A DNA stretch of 64,000 nt, from contig CM041465.1 of the NCBI GenBank assembly GCA_023213395.1, forward strand, positions 71,679,741 to 71,743,740. The letters run 5' to 3'. A program made the translations under genes and the position numbers. The DNA comes from Cycas panzhihuaensis. Its lineage: Eukaryota > Plantae > Cycadophyta. The notes beneath the pieces are model-generated. The model did no database searches and had not been told where the DNA came from. It saw only the letters and a program-made list of their open reading frames with translations. The first letter of the stretch is position 1. Each line of letters begins with the position of its first letter. Below are positions 1 through 18,293 of the stretch, piece by piece.

Positions 1-1464
1 AACCAAAAGCTAATGGGGTCTATGGATTATGACATTAGAAAATAGGGCCTAATGTTATGTGCTAAATGGTTTATCTGAGCCACATGAGGGGGAGGGGTGC
101 ATAAAAATTTCATTGAAAAAATAATCACTCCTTTGCAACTCCTTTAAAGATGAAAGGGTTCTATTTAATTCCCCATATTGAGATGTTTTCTCTGGTGGTT
201 GTTAAAGTCAAAGTCATGCATCTTCAAGTGCATCTAATCTACCCAAAGTTTGTAAGAAGTTCCTTAAATGGAAAGGAAATAATCCATGGAAGAGTTTTTA
301 GTTGGTGATTATTGCATTTGAAGGTTTATAATTATACTAAAAGATGATAAATGCCTAGGCTAGATCCCTTATTTCAAATCCAAGCAATTGGCCAAAAGAA
401 GCCTCTGCACAATGGGGCAATTCTTTGACCTAATCAAGGGTTGGTGGAGGGCCAAGTTTAAGCTCAAACAAGCCTTTGAATTTAAAAACTCTAAGCAACT
501 TTATTCTTGGGGGAATATGGAACTTCTTTATAGTGAACTAAATCCCCAAACTGATAATGAACCCATATTCTAAATGGTGGAAATTTTGAGCTTGGTAGTC
601 AACCAAAGTCTTTGGAAAGTTCCTTATATTCCATATGTATAAGCTACTGATACTCCCTATGAAGTTGGAAGGGGGGATTAACAAAAGTTGGAACACTAAA
701 GCCTATGGTAGGGTTTAGTCACAAAAAGTGGAGAGCTTTTAGAAAGTGTCACTAAATCCCAAAAATGCATGATATGCTTGATCGCTCCTATAAAATGGTC
801 TTTATATCAAGGTTAGATTAGTGAAACTTGGAAATCTTGATAGGACTTGTCCAATTTGTGATTGGCCCAAATAAATTATATACAAGATTTGGTCATTTCC
901 TTTAATTAAGAGCACTTGGGCTTGGGTTGAAATGTTCTCCAAGTTAATTCATTATGCACCATTAGGATGTAATATAGTGTTGTTAGGAGATAAAGAAGCC
1001 CTTTCTCAATCCTTCTTACCAACTTAGGACATTCTCAAGCTAGAGACCCTTTCTGCCATATGGAAGCACAAAAATGTAGTGATTTTCTCTAGCAATACTT
1101 GGTTGTTTTATTAACATTATGTAATCTATGGATCTGGATACCTATACCTTGCATATTAGTGTATAGGGAAATAAGGTGTAAGTTGAGATATCTCATCTCC
1201 TACAGTCGATAGACCATCATGGGCTCAATCCCTTCCACTATGAGTAGGCCACAACTTATGGAGAACAATGCAGTGTATAAGATTCAAAATAGGGCACGTG
1301 GTAAACGTTGCTACAAAAGCAAGAATTAGAGGGCTAAATGGCAATATCCTCAATCAATGAAACTCATGCAAAAGGATGGCCTAAGAACCATAAACAAGGC
1401 CATCAAGCTAATGGGTCATGGGTGCAACAAAGCAATGTGGACTCAAATCCTTCGAAGAGATGGG
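1..1464 (+). mobile_element. Degenerate L1-type LINE ORF2 C-terminal remnant, probably continuing at ~9536-9850 (3' end, A-rich tail) after element A
   Basis: Start reads (with frameshifts) PKANG..MLCAKWF, resembling the PK.xGGLG...AL.AKW motif after LINE RT. TCPIC at ~845 resembles the zf-RVT region. Many stops. Confidence 0.5.
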
Positions 1465-2997
1465 CGTGAAAAAAAGATATCCAAGAACAAAATAATAAAT
1501 AAAGTTTATTAGGTAGAATTAGTCTACCTTATGATATTTTCATTAATTCTCAATACATGATACAAAGTATGGTATAAATATAAACATAAGTGTTGAACAA
1601 GTTATTGCCCATTGGATGAATAACTACATTAACATTTATCATATAACCATTAAGGACTTTGGTAACTCTCAAGGATACATGGTACATATTGAGTAATTGC
1701 TCAATGATTCACCTAAGCATTAGGATTCTCAACATTAAGTTATGACCTAAATTAACATTAATTTTAATGATCTCCTTAATGTTTAGTTTATTAGTTTTCA
1801 TGCTAATACCATCTCTCAAAATTTCAAATTTAACTTGTATTAGTGATTACTAAAGATACATGTCAATTGTTCCTTGATAGGCTTGCAAATTAGTTCAATC
1901 TCCCCGCTTTGTATATGCTCTATGATAAATTTATAATGCACCTTAATGTGTTTGGTGTAAGCATGAAATATTGAATTCTTGGCTAATTTCAATGTACTCT
2001 AATTGTCATAGTACAATTTTATAAAATATTCTTGATAAAGATCTAATTCACCAAGAATCTGTGTTAACCATATGCCTTTACATGCCACTTCAACTACAAC
2101 TTTGTGTTTGGCTTTAGTTAAAGAAAGGGCAACATTAGGGTGCATCTTACTACTCCAAGTTACAAAAGTTGATACAACATTAAAATAATACCTAGAAGTA
2201 GACTTTTTATTATTACTGCACTAAGCCCAATATGAATTAGAAAACCCCTCTAATATAAACATGTTGTAGGTGAAATCGAGCTAATACTTTAAAGTTCCCT
2301 ACAAATATCTCAAAATCATTTTTATAGCTTTCTAATTGGCTTTGCTTTGATTCTGCCATAAACCTAGATATCATCCCTACTACATAAGTAATATTAGGTC
2401 TGATTGTAGTCAAATAGATGAGACTACTAATTGGTTGCTTATACAAAGTGTCATCTATTTACTTTTCTTCATTTTGAGTGTAACTTTATCCTTGTTTCCA
2501 TTAGGATTAGTGTAAACATATAATCCTCCATTATAATTTTTTTTCAAAATTTTACATGTATACTTAACCTATGAAATGAATATTCTACTAGGTCTTTTCC
2601 AAACTTCTATTCCAAAGAAGTAATAGAGTAGTCCAAAATATGTCACTTAAAATTATTCTCTAGGTCTTTTACCATCGAGGTATCATTGCTAGTTATAATT
2701 TAACTCAGTAGCATATAGGATCATTAATGTTACAAATCTTTAATCATGACCTTTTAAACATATTTTTCTAAAAATAATCACCAATTTTAGGATATCAAGC
2801 TTTAGGAGATTAAGTCATATAAAACCTTTTTTTATGCAACATGCAAGATGTTCTTATTCTTCTATATATATTTAAACAATTTCTCCATATTGATCTTTTT
2901 TGTTAAATATCTATTAAGAAAGACACTCTTTACATTAAACTATGTAGCTGCCATTTAATTTATGTAATTAATACAAGTATGATCCTAATGCTCATCA

Positions 2998-5584
<2,587 letters not shown>

Positions 5585-8500
5585 TATTATTTTTGCTATT
5601 GAAGCAAATTTCTCATGGTAGTTAGCTCTTCCTTTCTACTGAAATTCTTAAGCCACTAATTTGGTTTTAATTCAAGTTTTATTATTTTTCACTACTTAAA
5701 TTTCAACATCCATAGCATCTTTCCACTTTTGCTTATGACTTACCTCCTCAAAAGTAGAAGACTCTTCTACATTATACACTTATGCCATGAGAGCATAATT
5801 GATTCATTGTATAGGCCTCATCTTGAATTTCTGCTTATCTTCCATATTGGATGATTGTGCATTGGTAATTGTTTTTTAGTGCCACCTAGGTAACTTTTTC
5901 AATGGTAGAATGATTTTAGATTGAGCATCTTCAAATTACTCATCATTATTATTATTAGTTACTATATTGATTGGTTCTAATTCTAACATGATAATTTCTC
6001 TCAAAGAACTTGATTATGGATATTTCTCGATTTATTTTCTCATCTTGTTTGATATACAATGAACCCAAGTCTATCTCCTTGTTGCCTTATTCAAAGATCA
6101 CATCATAAGTGTCATCCACATTTTTGGTTTTCAACTTTCATACAATAAGCTTTGCTTACCTCACTATACTTGATGAAATTACACTTGAAACTTTTGCCAT
6201 TAAACTTTTATTTTTTTTCCTTTGGAATGTGCATACATGTCATACACCCAAAGCTTCTAAGATGACTCGCTATAGACTTTCTATCTACCCGAGTGTCCTT
6301 AGGCATCACATTTCTAATGGCTTTTGTAAAACTGATGTTTGCCAAGCAAGTTGTATTAATAGCTTCTACCTAAAAAGAATCTAATAAACTCTTAATCTTC
6401 ACCATTGACTTGCCATTTTTAACAAGGGTCTTACTCATTCTCTCAATCTCTCTATTCTACTATGGTGTGTGTATATGTGTGTGTGTAAACTACCATTTAA
6501 TTCAATGATTCTTACAATATTGATTAAATTCTTTTGAGGCATATTTACAACCATAGTCAAATATGAAAATCTTAAACTTGTGCCCACTTTCATTTTCATT
6601 CTCCTTGAATTCTTTGAAAATATTAGAAATCTTAATACTTCCCCTTTATGGAATAAATCCAAACTTTCCTCAAGGAGCCATCAATGAAAGTAAAAGAAGT
6701 ATTTGTCACTTCTAAGTAATGTTGTTGCCATTGGTTCACAAATATTATAGAGAACCAAGCCTAATTTCTCTTTGCTCTTTAAGCTTTAACTTTTTCAAAA
6801 TTTTCCTAGTGTTGCTTGCCCACTATACATGGTTCACACAATTTATTTTTAATTGCAAGTATTTGTAGAACATGTACTGCATTCAATTTCAACATAAACT
6901 GAAGATAAGAGTAGTGCAAATGTTCCATGTGTTCATGCCATAATAGATTCTTTTGAGTTACATAAATAATAAATGTTCTTTGATTAATAGATATGCCTTT
7001 CAACCTATAAAGACTAGCTTCTTCTAAGCCTATTGATACCACTTTTTTATTATTATCTTTGATTATATGTTTTATGTGTTCAAAATGAACATTGTCATTT
7101 TTCAAAATTTGACTAATAGGGAACAAGTTCTTCTCTAGTCCATGTACATACAAAACATCACTAATGTAAGCATTCTCATCACTCCAGGTAATTATGGGGA
7201 CCTTGCTAATTCCTTTAACCCATAATATAAAATCATTACCAAGTGGAACAAATTGATCATTCGCCTCCCACATGTGCCTAAATTATTCCAACTTATTTGT
7301 TATGTTTAATAGTGCTTGAGTCAATATATTAGGCTTCATCAAAAAGTATGCCTCAACTAATAAGTTGTTATGAAGAGTTATTTTCCATATCCATCTTTAT
7401 CTAAAGAATGGCAAAAAAATAACTAAACTACTTATTTTTCTACTATTTCAATTGATGGTACTATTTTTATTGATCAAGCTACAACTTCCTATAATCTTTT
7501 TTGAAGTGCATACCACAATAATAACAAACTTTTGATTTGTTTGGTCCTTAAGGAAACTAAGACCCTCATTCTAAATAATTTAGTCTTTGGAAGTATAATT
7601 CTTTCTTTGAACAAATGGGTTCTTCTCCTTGTACTTTGTTGCATGTGCACTAGATATTTGACTTTTATCATTTTCTTTTAGGAGTTGTTCATGTTGTAAC
7701 AACAAATCCTCAAGTTCATTAAAAGTGATTGTGCTGAACTTCCTAGCTATTGTCAAACTAATGACAAAACATTTATGGGATTTGGGCAAACTCTTTAAAA
7801 TGGAGGTACTAGTGACAATTTCACTAATAGTGCCAAGTTAATTATTTATAGCCTTCATCTATTGTATATGATCTGCCATGTTCCCCGACAACTTGAGGGT
7901 ATACAATTGATTTCAAAGCATTAAAGCTCTCACATCATTCTTATTCTCATACAAGGATGTTATGGAATCCTTAGCTTCCTTCACAGTTTTGGCATTTTTA
8001 ACATTCTTAATCAAGTTGCTTCCAAGTGATAGATTGATCAATGCTAATGCACTTATGCTTTTGGCATCATATTCAACTTGTATAGTGGTATTTGCAGCAT
8101 GCATAATATATTTGCCTTCAACATTATCCATAAGTTATCCAAAATTAACAAATGTTTAATTTGATGTTTCCATATATCATAATTTTTTGAAAACTTATTA
8201 AGTTACCGTTTGCCATCTTGTAGAAGAGTATAAAGTATAAATGAGCATTGCATGAACAAAAACACCCCACAAAAGCACCACAAAGGGCTTCAAAACAATT
8301 CTAATACACCAAAAAAGGCCATTATATATATAGACATATGTATCTATATATATTATCATTGCTCACTTTAATAAGTGCTAGAATAAATGACTAAACCTTA
8401 GTCAACATGCTAGATGCTAGGTAAACCCAATATGACCATTTCAAAAAGGGAGAAAATTTAATTATAATTCTAAAAATATTTTTAAATTTTGAAAAAGATG

Positions 8501-11500
8501 TTGCCGAGGGCTACAAATGGCTTAGCTCTTTTTGTCCATGTGACCACTTCCCAACAACGAAGGGGCTTAAAACCAAAATTCAAAAGTTTATAAAATAGAG
8601 TTTGATTAAAATTAAACTTTAGAAATTGATTTTTTTTTTGATAAAATCAATGGTTTTTTTCAAAATTTTGGCTATGTTATTTCACAACTTATTGTTATTC
8701 AAATGTGTGGCTGTGACATTTAATTAATCCATTATTTGAGATATGTTATCAAAGAGCACTAGATTGTCTAACTCTACCTCTTCTTCCATGTCTTCCCATT
8801 CATACTAAGCACAACTATTACATTTAAAAAATTTGAACTGCCATTCAAATTTCAAAACTACCGCGTAAGTATTCTTGTTGTATTTGACTACTATGTTTAA
8901 GTCCAAATTTGGCATTTGAGTCTTTTATACTTAAGAGAATTTCTCTCTCCAACCAGACCTCTATTAGATCTTTGCGTTAATTGTATTCTCGATGTTTAAT
9001 TTGAATTTGAATTGCTTCCACATGATCCTCTGCAAGATCTTCTACAATGCAGGTCCTCCCCAATGTTGCTTTTAGCAATTAACTATGGCTCCTCAACAGT
9101 GTTCTTGTCTCCATATAATAAGCTTCCACAAGTCATTGCTTTAGTATCATGGCTCAATGTTCTCTCTTCAACACTCAACTCCAAATTTTTGTTATGGCTC
9201 CATCACCTTTGGCCTTTGACTTTGATGTCAAATGTGAGGAAGAAAGAACCAAAAATAGAACAATAAACAAAGTTCATCCAATAGAATTAATCTACCTTTT
9301 AAGATTTTCATTAATTCTCAATACATGATATAGAGTATGGTACAAATGTAAATACAAGTGTTGAACAAGTAACCACCCATAGGACCAATGACTTCCCTAA
9401 CATGTCATATACCTATTAAGAACTTTGGTAACTCCCAAGGATAGATAATTTGTATTGAGTGACCCCTCAACGACTCACTTAACCACTAAGACTCATAATT
9501 TAAGTTATGATACAAGTAAAAATTAATTCTAGTTGTGGATGCTTCATGATAACAAACAAAACCAAAGCTCATGATAACTAGGGGCATGGTTAGGGTGTTG
9601 TTCCTAAGGAAGGCATTGGTGCTTGATATTAGATTTTCTGTATATCTGATTTCGCCATTAAAGGGGCAAGATTTTGTTCTTTCGAGTATTACTATGCAAC
9701 GTTGTTTTATCACCTTATGCTATTGTGTATCATCCATAAGAGGGAGGGGGTAGATCATTTTTGTCTGTCCATCTTTTCTATTCCTTTGCCATAATTGTAT
9801 GTGATTTTTTCTATGAATAGAATAAATTATTTTAAACAAAATGGCAAAAAATTAAAAACATTAGAAACATGGTCCCTAATAACCTTTTGCACAATCTAGA
9901 ATCTCACCCATAAGAACTTATTGGGAAATTGTTTTTGGAATCAATGCATGACATTTCTCATATAAATCATCTTGAAGTCTCACAAATAGCTAGAGGTAAG
10001 AATAGAGGAAGACCACCAATTAAATCACTATTCAATGCTTGTTGGCATCAAATATTTGTGCAAGTAAGGAAATACCCCACTTAATCGAAAATATCCTTTC
10101 TTCTTTGTTTAGTCAACACACTTGCACTTAATACAAGGACATACTAGCAAAACACGCTTAAATTTAGAGGTTTAAGATACATGTAGATAATGTGAAATTG
10201 TCATGCACACATTCATATGGTCCAAGTTAGCCAAATTTCCTTTGATTGACAAGCTTATTCTTTTACAAATATGTTCGAGAATTTCAATTTGGTGCTGACC
10301 TTAATAGAAAACATTAGCTCCCGAAGCGTATGTTTCCATTATACATGACATATTTTATAAATCAAGGCTCTCTTTTTATTACAGAAACATACACATAATC
10401 TTGCATTTAATTTAAATTTTCATATAGAGATATTAAAAATTGAGTTAAGAAGGTTGATTATCAATCCTTATTAAAATTTTGAGTGCAAGTGGAAGAGTAA
10501 TGTCCTTCATTGAATTGCACTATATCCTTGAGGCCACCAAATGCTCCATCTATCATTTTTCCAATTAGTGATGCTATAGCAAGAGGATGAGGGTGTTAGA
10601 AGTTAATGTTTAATATGTAAGTGTCTAAAGTGTTTAGGTGAATGTTATATATAAGAGTCAATATTATAATGTTAATGTAATGCACACTTGTGCAACTAAG
10701 TGGTCATTAGGTTATTGGTCAACGAGTAGGAGATATGTCATTGGTTGTGTTAGAGGTCATTTATCCTACATGTAACACGTCTAATGAAGTGAGGGCAGAG
10801 CAGAACAGTAAGTTATAAGGCCATTGTGAAATAAGCTCAAAACATTAACAAAAATTTTGTATAATATTGGTGGTGTTGAGAAACATCTTTGGGACATGAG
10901 ACCCATTTAAATAGTCGAGATATTTGGGTAGCCCAACGTCTACCGACGTTTGGTATTAAAAAACACTATAAAAATATTAGGTGAGTGGATTGGCTAGGGT
11001 GGCTGGAGTCGATTCCACACCACCTAATGCCGACACACTTTTTAGGTTTCCAGTAAATGAACATTATCAAACATGTCTCCTCCACAATGTTTATTAGAAA
11101 AAACTCCAATCTTGTCTCTGAATTTGTGAAACTTGGTTTTTCTAAGAGGCTTAGTGAAGATGCCTGCCATGTGTTCATCTATATTGCAGTAAACCAATTC
11201 AATTTCGCCAACCTATACCAATTCCCTGATAAAGTGACGTTGTATTTTAATATGCTTCACTCATCTATGAAACACTGAATTACGTGTCATTTGAATTGTA
11301 CTTTGACTGTCACATATCATATGTGTAGGTCCATCATGTTTTATTTGTACATCTTGGAGTAATTGATGTAGCCAAACTATTTCACACGCTCTTGCTACTG
11401 CTACTTTGTACTCTGCTTCTGCAATAGACAATGATATCGTGTTTTGCTTCTTGGTACTCCAAGCAATTGATACTGATCCCATGCGGAGATTGTCACTAGA

Positions 11501-11780
11501 TGTGGATTTTCTGTCATTAATATAACCTGCCCAGTTTGAATCTGTGTAGCCAATTAACCTAGAATCTGTTGAGGACTTATAATATAACTCATAACTAATT
11601 GTGCCTTTTAGGTATTGAAGTATTCTCTTCGTCGCTTACCAGTGTGATATTTTGGGTTCTTGCATAAACCTGGATACCACACTTACTAAATGCAAAATAT
11701 CAAGTCAAGTTGGTGTTAGGTAGATTAAACTACTAATCAGTTGCCTATAGAGTGTAGGATCAACTGATGTAAAATCATCG

Positions 11781-13416
11781 GACTTGGATAATTTTATTCC
11801 AATTTTTGCTAGTGTAGCTAATGCCTTACAATCATTCATCTTGAACTTTTAAAGTAAATTTAGTGTATATTTTCTTTAAGATACAAATGTCCTATTTTTG
11901 TCTTGCCATACTTCTAAACCTATGAAGTAATACATGAAGCCCAAGTTAGTCATCTCAAATTCTTTGCACAAGTCATCATTAAACTTTTGTGACAATTGAG
12001 AGTCATATCCTATATAGACTAAGTCATCAATATATAGTTCCACAATAAATATTGAGTCTTCTTCTATCTTTATATACAGATTAGGATTTGATTGACTTGT
12101 TTCGAAGCCTTTGTCTCTAAAATATTTGTCTATCCTAGAGTATCAAGCTTTAGGTACTTGTTTTAATCCATACAAGGCTTTCTTGAATTTATATACCTTG
12201 TTTTCTTCCCCCTTAACCTCAAAGCCTTTGGGTTGTTGGATATAGATCTCCTCTTGTATGTATCCATTTAGGAAGGCGCTTTTAACATCCATTTGTTGGA
12301 CAGTCTACCCCTTTTGTGCAACAAGACTTGGATAATTTTATTCCAATTTTTGCTAGTGTAGCTAATGCCTTACAATCATTCATCTTGAACTTTTAAAGTA
12401 AATTTAGTGTATATTTTCTTTAAGATACAAATGTCCTATTTTTGTCTTGCCATACTTCTAAACCTATGAAGTAATACATGAAGCCCAAGTTAGTCATCTC
12501 AAATTCTTTGCACAAGTCATCATTAAACTTTTGTGACAATTGAGAGTCATATCCTATATAGACTAAGTCATCAATATAGTGTTCCACAATAAATATTGAG
12601 TCTTCTTCTATCTTTATATACAGATTAGGATTTGATTGACTTGTTTCGAAGCCTTTGTCTCTAAAATATTTGTCTATCCTAGAGTATCAAGCTTTAGGTA
12701 CTTGTTTTAATCCATACAAGGCTTTCTTGAATTTATATACCTTGTTTTCTTCCCCCTTAACCTCAAAGCCTTTGGGTTGTTGGATATAGATCTCCTCTTG
12801 TATGTATCCATTTAGGAAGGCGCTTTTAACATCCATTTGTTGGACAGTCTACCCCTTTTGTGCAACAAGACTTGGATAATTTTATTCCAATTTTTGCTAG
12901 TGTAGCTAATGCCTTACAATCATTCATCTTGAACTTTTAAAGTAAATTTAGTGTATATTTTCTTTAAGATACAAATGTCCTATTTTTGTCTTGCCATACT
13001 TCTAAACCTATGAAGTAATACATGAAGCCCAAGTTAGTCATCTCAAATTCTTTGCACAAGTCATCATTAAACTTTTGTGACAATTGAGAGTCATATCCTA
13101 TATAGACTAAGTCATCAATATATAGTTCCACAATAAATATTGAGTCTTCTTCTATCTTTATATACAGATTAGGATTTGATTGACTTGTTTCGAAGCCTTT
13201 GTCTCTAAAATATTTGTCTATCCTAGAGTATCAAGCTTTAGGTACTTGTTTTAATCCATACAAGGCTTTCTTGAATTTATATACCTTGTTTTCTTCCCCC
13301 TTAACCTCAAAGCCTTTGGGTTGTTGGATATAGATCTCCTCTTGTATGTATCCATTTAGGAAGGCGCTTTTAACATCCATTTGTTGGACAGTCTACCCCT
13401 TTTGTGCAACAAGACT
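11781..13416. repeat. Tandem triplication of a 544-bp RT segment in D
   Basis: The unit starting GACTTGGATAATTTTATTCC recurs at 11781, 12325 and 12869, and the closing GACT is at 13413. Copies are near-identical. Confidence 0.97.
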
Positions 13417-16400
13417 CAACATGAGGTGTACAGTTTCCATTTGAGCTACAAAAGCAAATGTTTCATTGTAGTTGGTTCCTTTAATTTGAGCATACCCTTT
13501 GGCTACAAACCTTGTTTTATGATTGTTAATAGAGCCATTAGACCTTAAATTTGTTTTATAAACCCATTTGGTGCCAATTGCTAATTTGTTTAAAGGGAGA
13601 TCTACTAGTTCCCATGTATCATTTTTTATCAAAGCATTGTACTCCTCCTACATTACATTATGCCATTCATGTTTAGTATTAGCCTCTTCAAAGGTACGAG
13701 GCTTATGTGATGCCATGACTTGGCTCATTAGAGAGAAGTTGAGCCTATTGGAATGTGTAGATCTCCTTTCAACATTGTTATCTAACATATTTACTAGTTC
13801 ACGTTGTCTTTGGACCCATTTTGGAACATTTTGACTAGATGTGGAGGGTCCAATCTCATTATAACTTGAGTCACGTATTGTTTGCACATTTGAAGACACA
13901 TTTGTCGATGTAGGTCATGAATCAAACTTCACTATGATATTCTTCCCCTCGTCTTTTTCAACTTCTGCTTTATAATAATCATCCTCTTTGAAGATAACAT
14001 CTTTACTCATGATTATCTTCTTTTCCTTAGGGTTAAATAACTTATAGAATCTAGTTGAATCACAATATCCTATAAATATGTATTTGGTACATTTAACATC
14101 CAATTTCATTCTTTTTTACTCTGGTATCATAGAAAGTGATAGACAACCAAAGATTTTCAAGTGATGAATACTTGGCTTGTGCCTTGTCCAAGCCTCTTCT
14201 GGTGTGACCCACCTAAGGGCCTTAGTGGTACACCTATTTAATAGATAAATTGTTATGTATACGACTTTTGCCCAAAATTCATACCCAAACTGCTTGTCCT
14301 TGAGCATGCACCTTGCCATCTCAACAATGGCCATATTCTTTCTTTTTGCTACTCCATTTATTGTGGAGTATATGGATTAGTATATTGTTTCCTTAACCAT
14401 GATGGATACAAAAATCTTTGAATTCATTTGAGGTGAATTCCCTCCCATTATCTAATCTAAGGGAGAGAATCTTATGTCCACTTTATTTTTCCACAAAGGA
14501 TTTGAAATCAATAAAACAATAGCAGACATCTGATTTGAACATTAAAAAATATACCTTAGTTTTTTTGGTAAAGTCATCAATAAACGTCATGAAATATTTA
14601 GCATCTCCAAGCGAGGGTACATCCATGGGACTACATAAATCTGTGTAAGTTAATTGGAGGGGACCTTGTGCTCTATAACTATTATTTGAAAAGCTCTCTC
14701 TATGTTACTTCCAAGTAGACACCTTTCACATATTTCTTTATTTCCTTCAATAGTAGGCAAACATTTAACCATTTTTGTTCCTTTCATTAGAGCTAAGCTA
14801 CTATAGCTTAAATGACCAAATTGTTTGTACCATGTGTCACTTTCAACTTTTATAGAGGCTTTCAAAGCATAGTTATCTATTAGAGGAATGATTAGCTTAA
14901 ATAGTTGGTCATTAGTCATTTGTCCCTTGGATACAATAGTTTTATTCACTCTTTTATCTTTAATTGTACATTCACCGCTGTAAAAAATGACCTTATAATC
15001 TTGATAAATCATCTATTTTATCGAAAGTAAGTTCTTCTTCAAGGTAGATACATGTAGTACATCATCAATGTACCTAGTTTATCATGATTCTATGGTTATG
15101 GTAATGTTGCCCTTGCTAATTGACTCATATATTGTTGTCCCTAAACATAATCTTTTCCTTTTTCGTTCTGTCAATAATCTTAAAAATTTCCCCCTTATGA
15201 GTCATATGTGTTGATCACCCTAAATCTATATACCAACTATCCTCTTCTTCATTGGTTGCAAGATTCGATAGGAAAAGTTTATTATTGTCTCTACTTTCAG
15301 TTACAATATTTGCACTTCCTCTTCGTTAACTTGCATTTTTGGCAAAGCAGTGGTCCTCTATGTGTCTAATTTTGTGGCAATATGAGCATTGAATTAGTTT
15401 TCTATTTCTTTGACTATGGCTTTTTCTTTTAAAGGATCCTCTTCCTCTAGAGGTTGATCTTCTTCTTTTAAAAAATGAGGTTTGATTTTGCTCTCGATAA
15501 AATCTAAGTATTGACTTGCTCTTGGATAACTTTCTTGTCCTTGACAATTATTGTCCATGGCAACAATGATTTTGTTCTTGTATTCTACCTTGATTGTGGA
15601 AGTTGTTCCTCCCTTGGTACCTCTGATTTGGTGGTTGGTGTTTTTGATGAGGTTTTTGATATTGTTACCTCTTCTAGGGGATGAATCCCTCCTCCTAGAA
15701 CTTTGTCCTTGGTTACTTTGCTTAATCCTTTCCTTTATGGCAAAGGCGTGTTCTAAGGATTCATATCCTCATTTCTTCTTTTCTACAAGGAGCATAGCAC
15801 TTAATTGCTCAATCTTGAGGGTACTTAGATCCTTTGAAACTTCAATGCTTGTAGCTACCATTTCAAATCTTTTAACTTCTCCAACACATCTCAATATTCT
15901 CTCTACAACCCTTTATTCGATTAACTCTTCTCCAATGGATTTTCTCTGGTTGACTAAGTCTTAGACCTTGGTAATGAATTCATTGACATTTTCTCTTGGT
16001 GACATCTTCAAGTTCTCAAATTTGCTTCTAAGGGATTGAAGCTTAGTTGATGCGACTCCTTCATAAATTAGTTTTAGAGTGTCCTAAGCTTCCTTTAATG
16101 TAGTGGCTTCACTAACTCTAGAGAATATATGGTCCTCTAAAGCACAGAAAATAAGAGCTAAGGTTTCATTGTCATTTTAAATACATTCTCTCTAAACTAG
16201 TTTTTCATCCAAAGTAGCATTTTCTCCAATGTTATCAAATCCATCTTTAACAAATTCCCACATATCTTTAACTATGAAGATTGATTTCATTCTCCTACTC
16301 CAATTAAAGAAGTTGGTTCCATCAAATTTAAGTATGATTATGTTTCCAAAGGTTGTTGATATTGTAACTTTAACTATTTTTAGTATACAAAAAAAAAATT

Positions 16401-17695
16401 AAAGTATATTTGTATCTTATCTACCTAGAGGTTTCTAACATAGAATTCTATGTCCTAGGGTCTCCAAAGAAAGCTCTCAGTTATTATTCTCTCTAATGGC
16501 GCCTACCCACAAGTGATAAACTAATGATCCAATATACCTGTACTTGAGTTCAAGGTCTGATATACCTTAATACGTGAGATGCAAAGAAGATCCCCTTGAT
16601 TTGTTGGTCCACCTACACTAGACTTATGCCTAACAACGAATCTAGTGTTGAGAACTTGACCAACCAAGACACGCACTCTTTCTGGGTCTAGTCTGGTCTC
16701 TAAAGTCCAAAAGCAAAAAGGTTTTCCTCCTCAACTTGCCACCTATTACATTTGATAACTAATGGTTTCCTCAACAATTTAGAATACACCAAAGACATGT
16801 GTGGGATAGTAACTTCAAGAGTCCTAATCGTTCCTCTTATAAGGCTAAAAAATAAGGTGGTTGATTCAAGAATTATCTTGTTAATATATAAAAAATTAAT
16901 ATTAATTATGGTCTTCTTTACAAATAAGGTTCATTTTACCAAAAATTGAAAAAACTTACAAGTAAATAAAATGAAATGAAATGATACTAAATGAAATAAT
17001 TCAAAGTGGTAAAAGGGTTCAGAGAGCTTTTTATTTGTGAAAATTTGACTTAAGATTATTTGATTCACTTTCAAAAGTAAACCTACATAAAATCAACCAC
17101 AAAACCTTTATGAGTTAAAATAATAGACTAAAATCTACTAATAATAGTTAATACAATGATGTAATATTAATATCTTTGAGAAAACTTTAAAAATAGCTTT
17201 AAAATAATGAAAAAAAACTCAAGTAAGGATCAATCAAGTAAGTCCATTTGAGCAGTTTAAAAGTCCTACAAAACAACTTCAAATTAATCCTAAACTTATT
17301 CTAAATTGAAGAGCTCTGAATCAACTTCCCGATAGTTTAAACCGTTCGAAAAACTGACTCTTGGATCAAAGGTTATTGCAAAAAATATGAAAACACCTCT
17401 TTATGACTGAAAATCAAAAGAGGGGAAGTTTAAGCCCCTTTAGCAAATAGGCCCCTGATCACCAGATCACAACATATGACCACTTATTAGTAGAAAAGGG
17501 GGCTACAAATCTTAAAATTTATGAAATATAGCTAAATACCTTAAAATCCAAAATTATAAAATATAGCTTAATGGGTTTTCAGATTTGTCCCTTTTTATAA
17601 AGAATAGAATCACATGCGGTAAAAATATGAGCACCCACTTATGACGAATGGGGCTAACACACTCTAACATTTAATTAAATTTAACTAAATTTATT

Positions 17696-18178
<483 letters not shown>

Positions 18179-18293
18179 CAAAATTTTATCCGTAAACCTG
18201 CAAAAACATGATCGCGTACAAAAATTGTAATTTCAATCAATTAAATTGATAAAAAATCAATCCAGAAAACTTCTAAAAATCGATCGAATGACC

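Noticed and set aside
11781-13416. CRISPR-like or functional domain repeat
   Set aside because: Eukaryotic context, no spacers, unit length not a multiple of 3, and each unit contains stops.
13568-13834. ORFs antisense to pol or gag (also 15551-15964, 27920-28237, 36208-36492, 58447-58788)
   Set aside because: Shadow frames opposite retrotransposon coding sequence, with no independent support.
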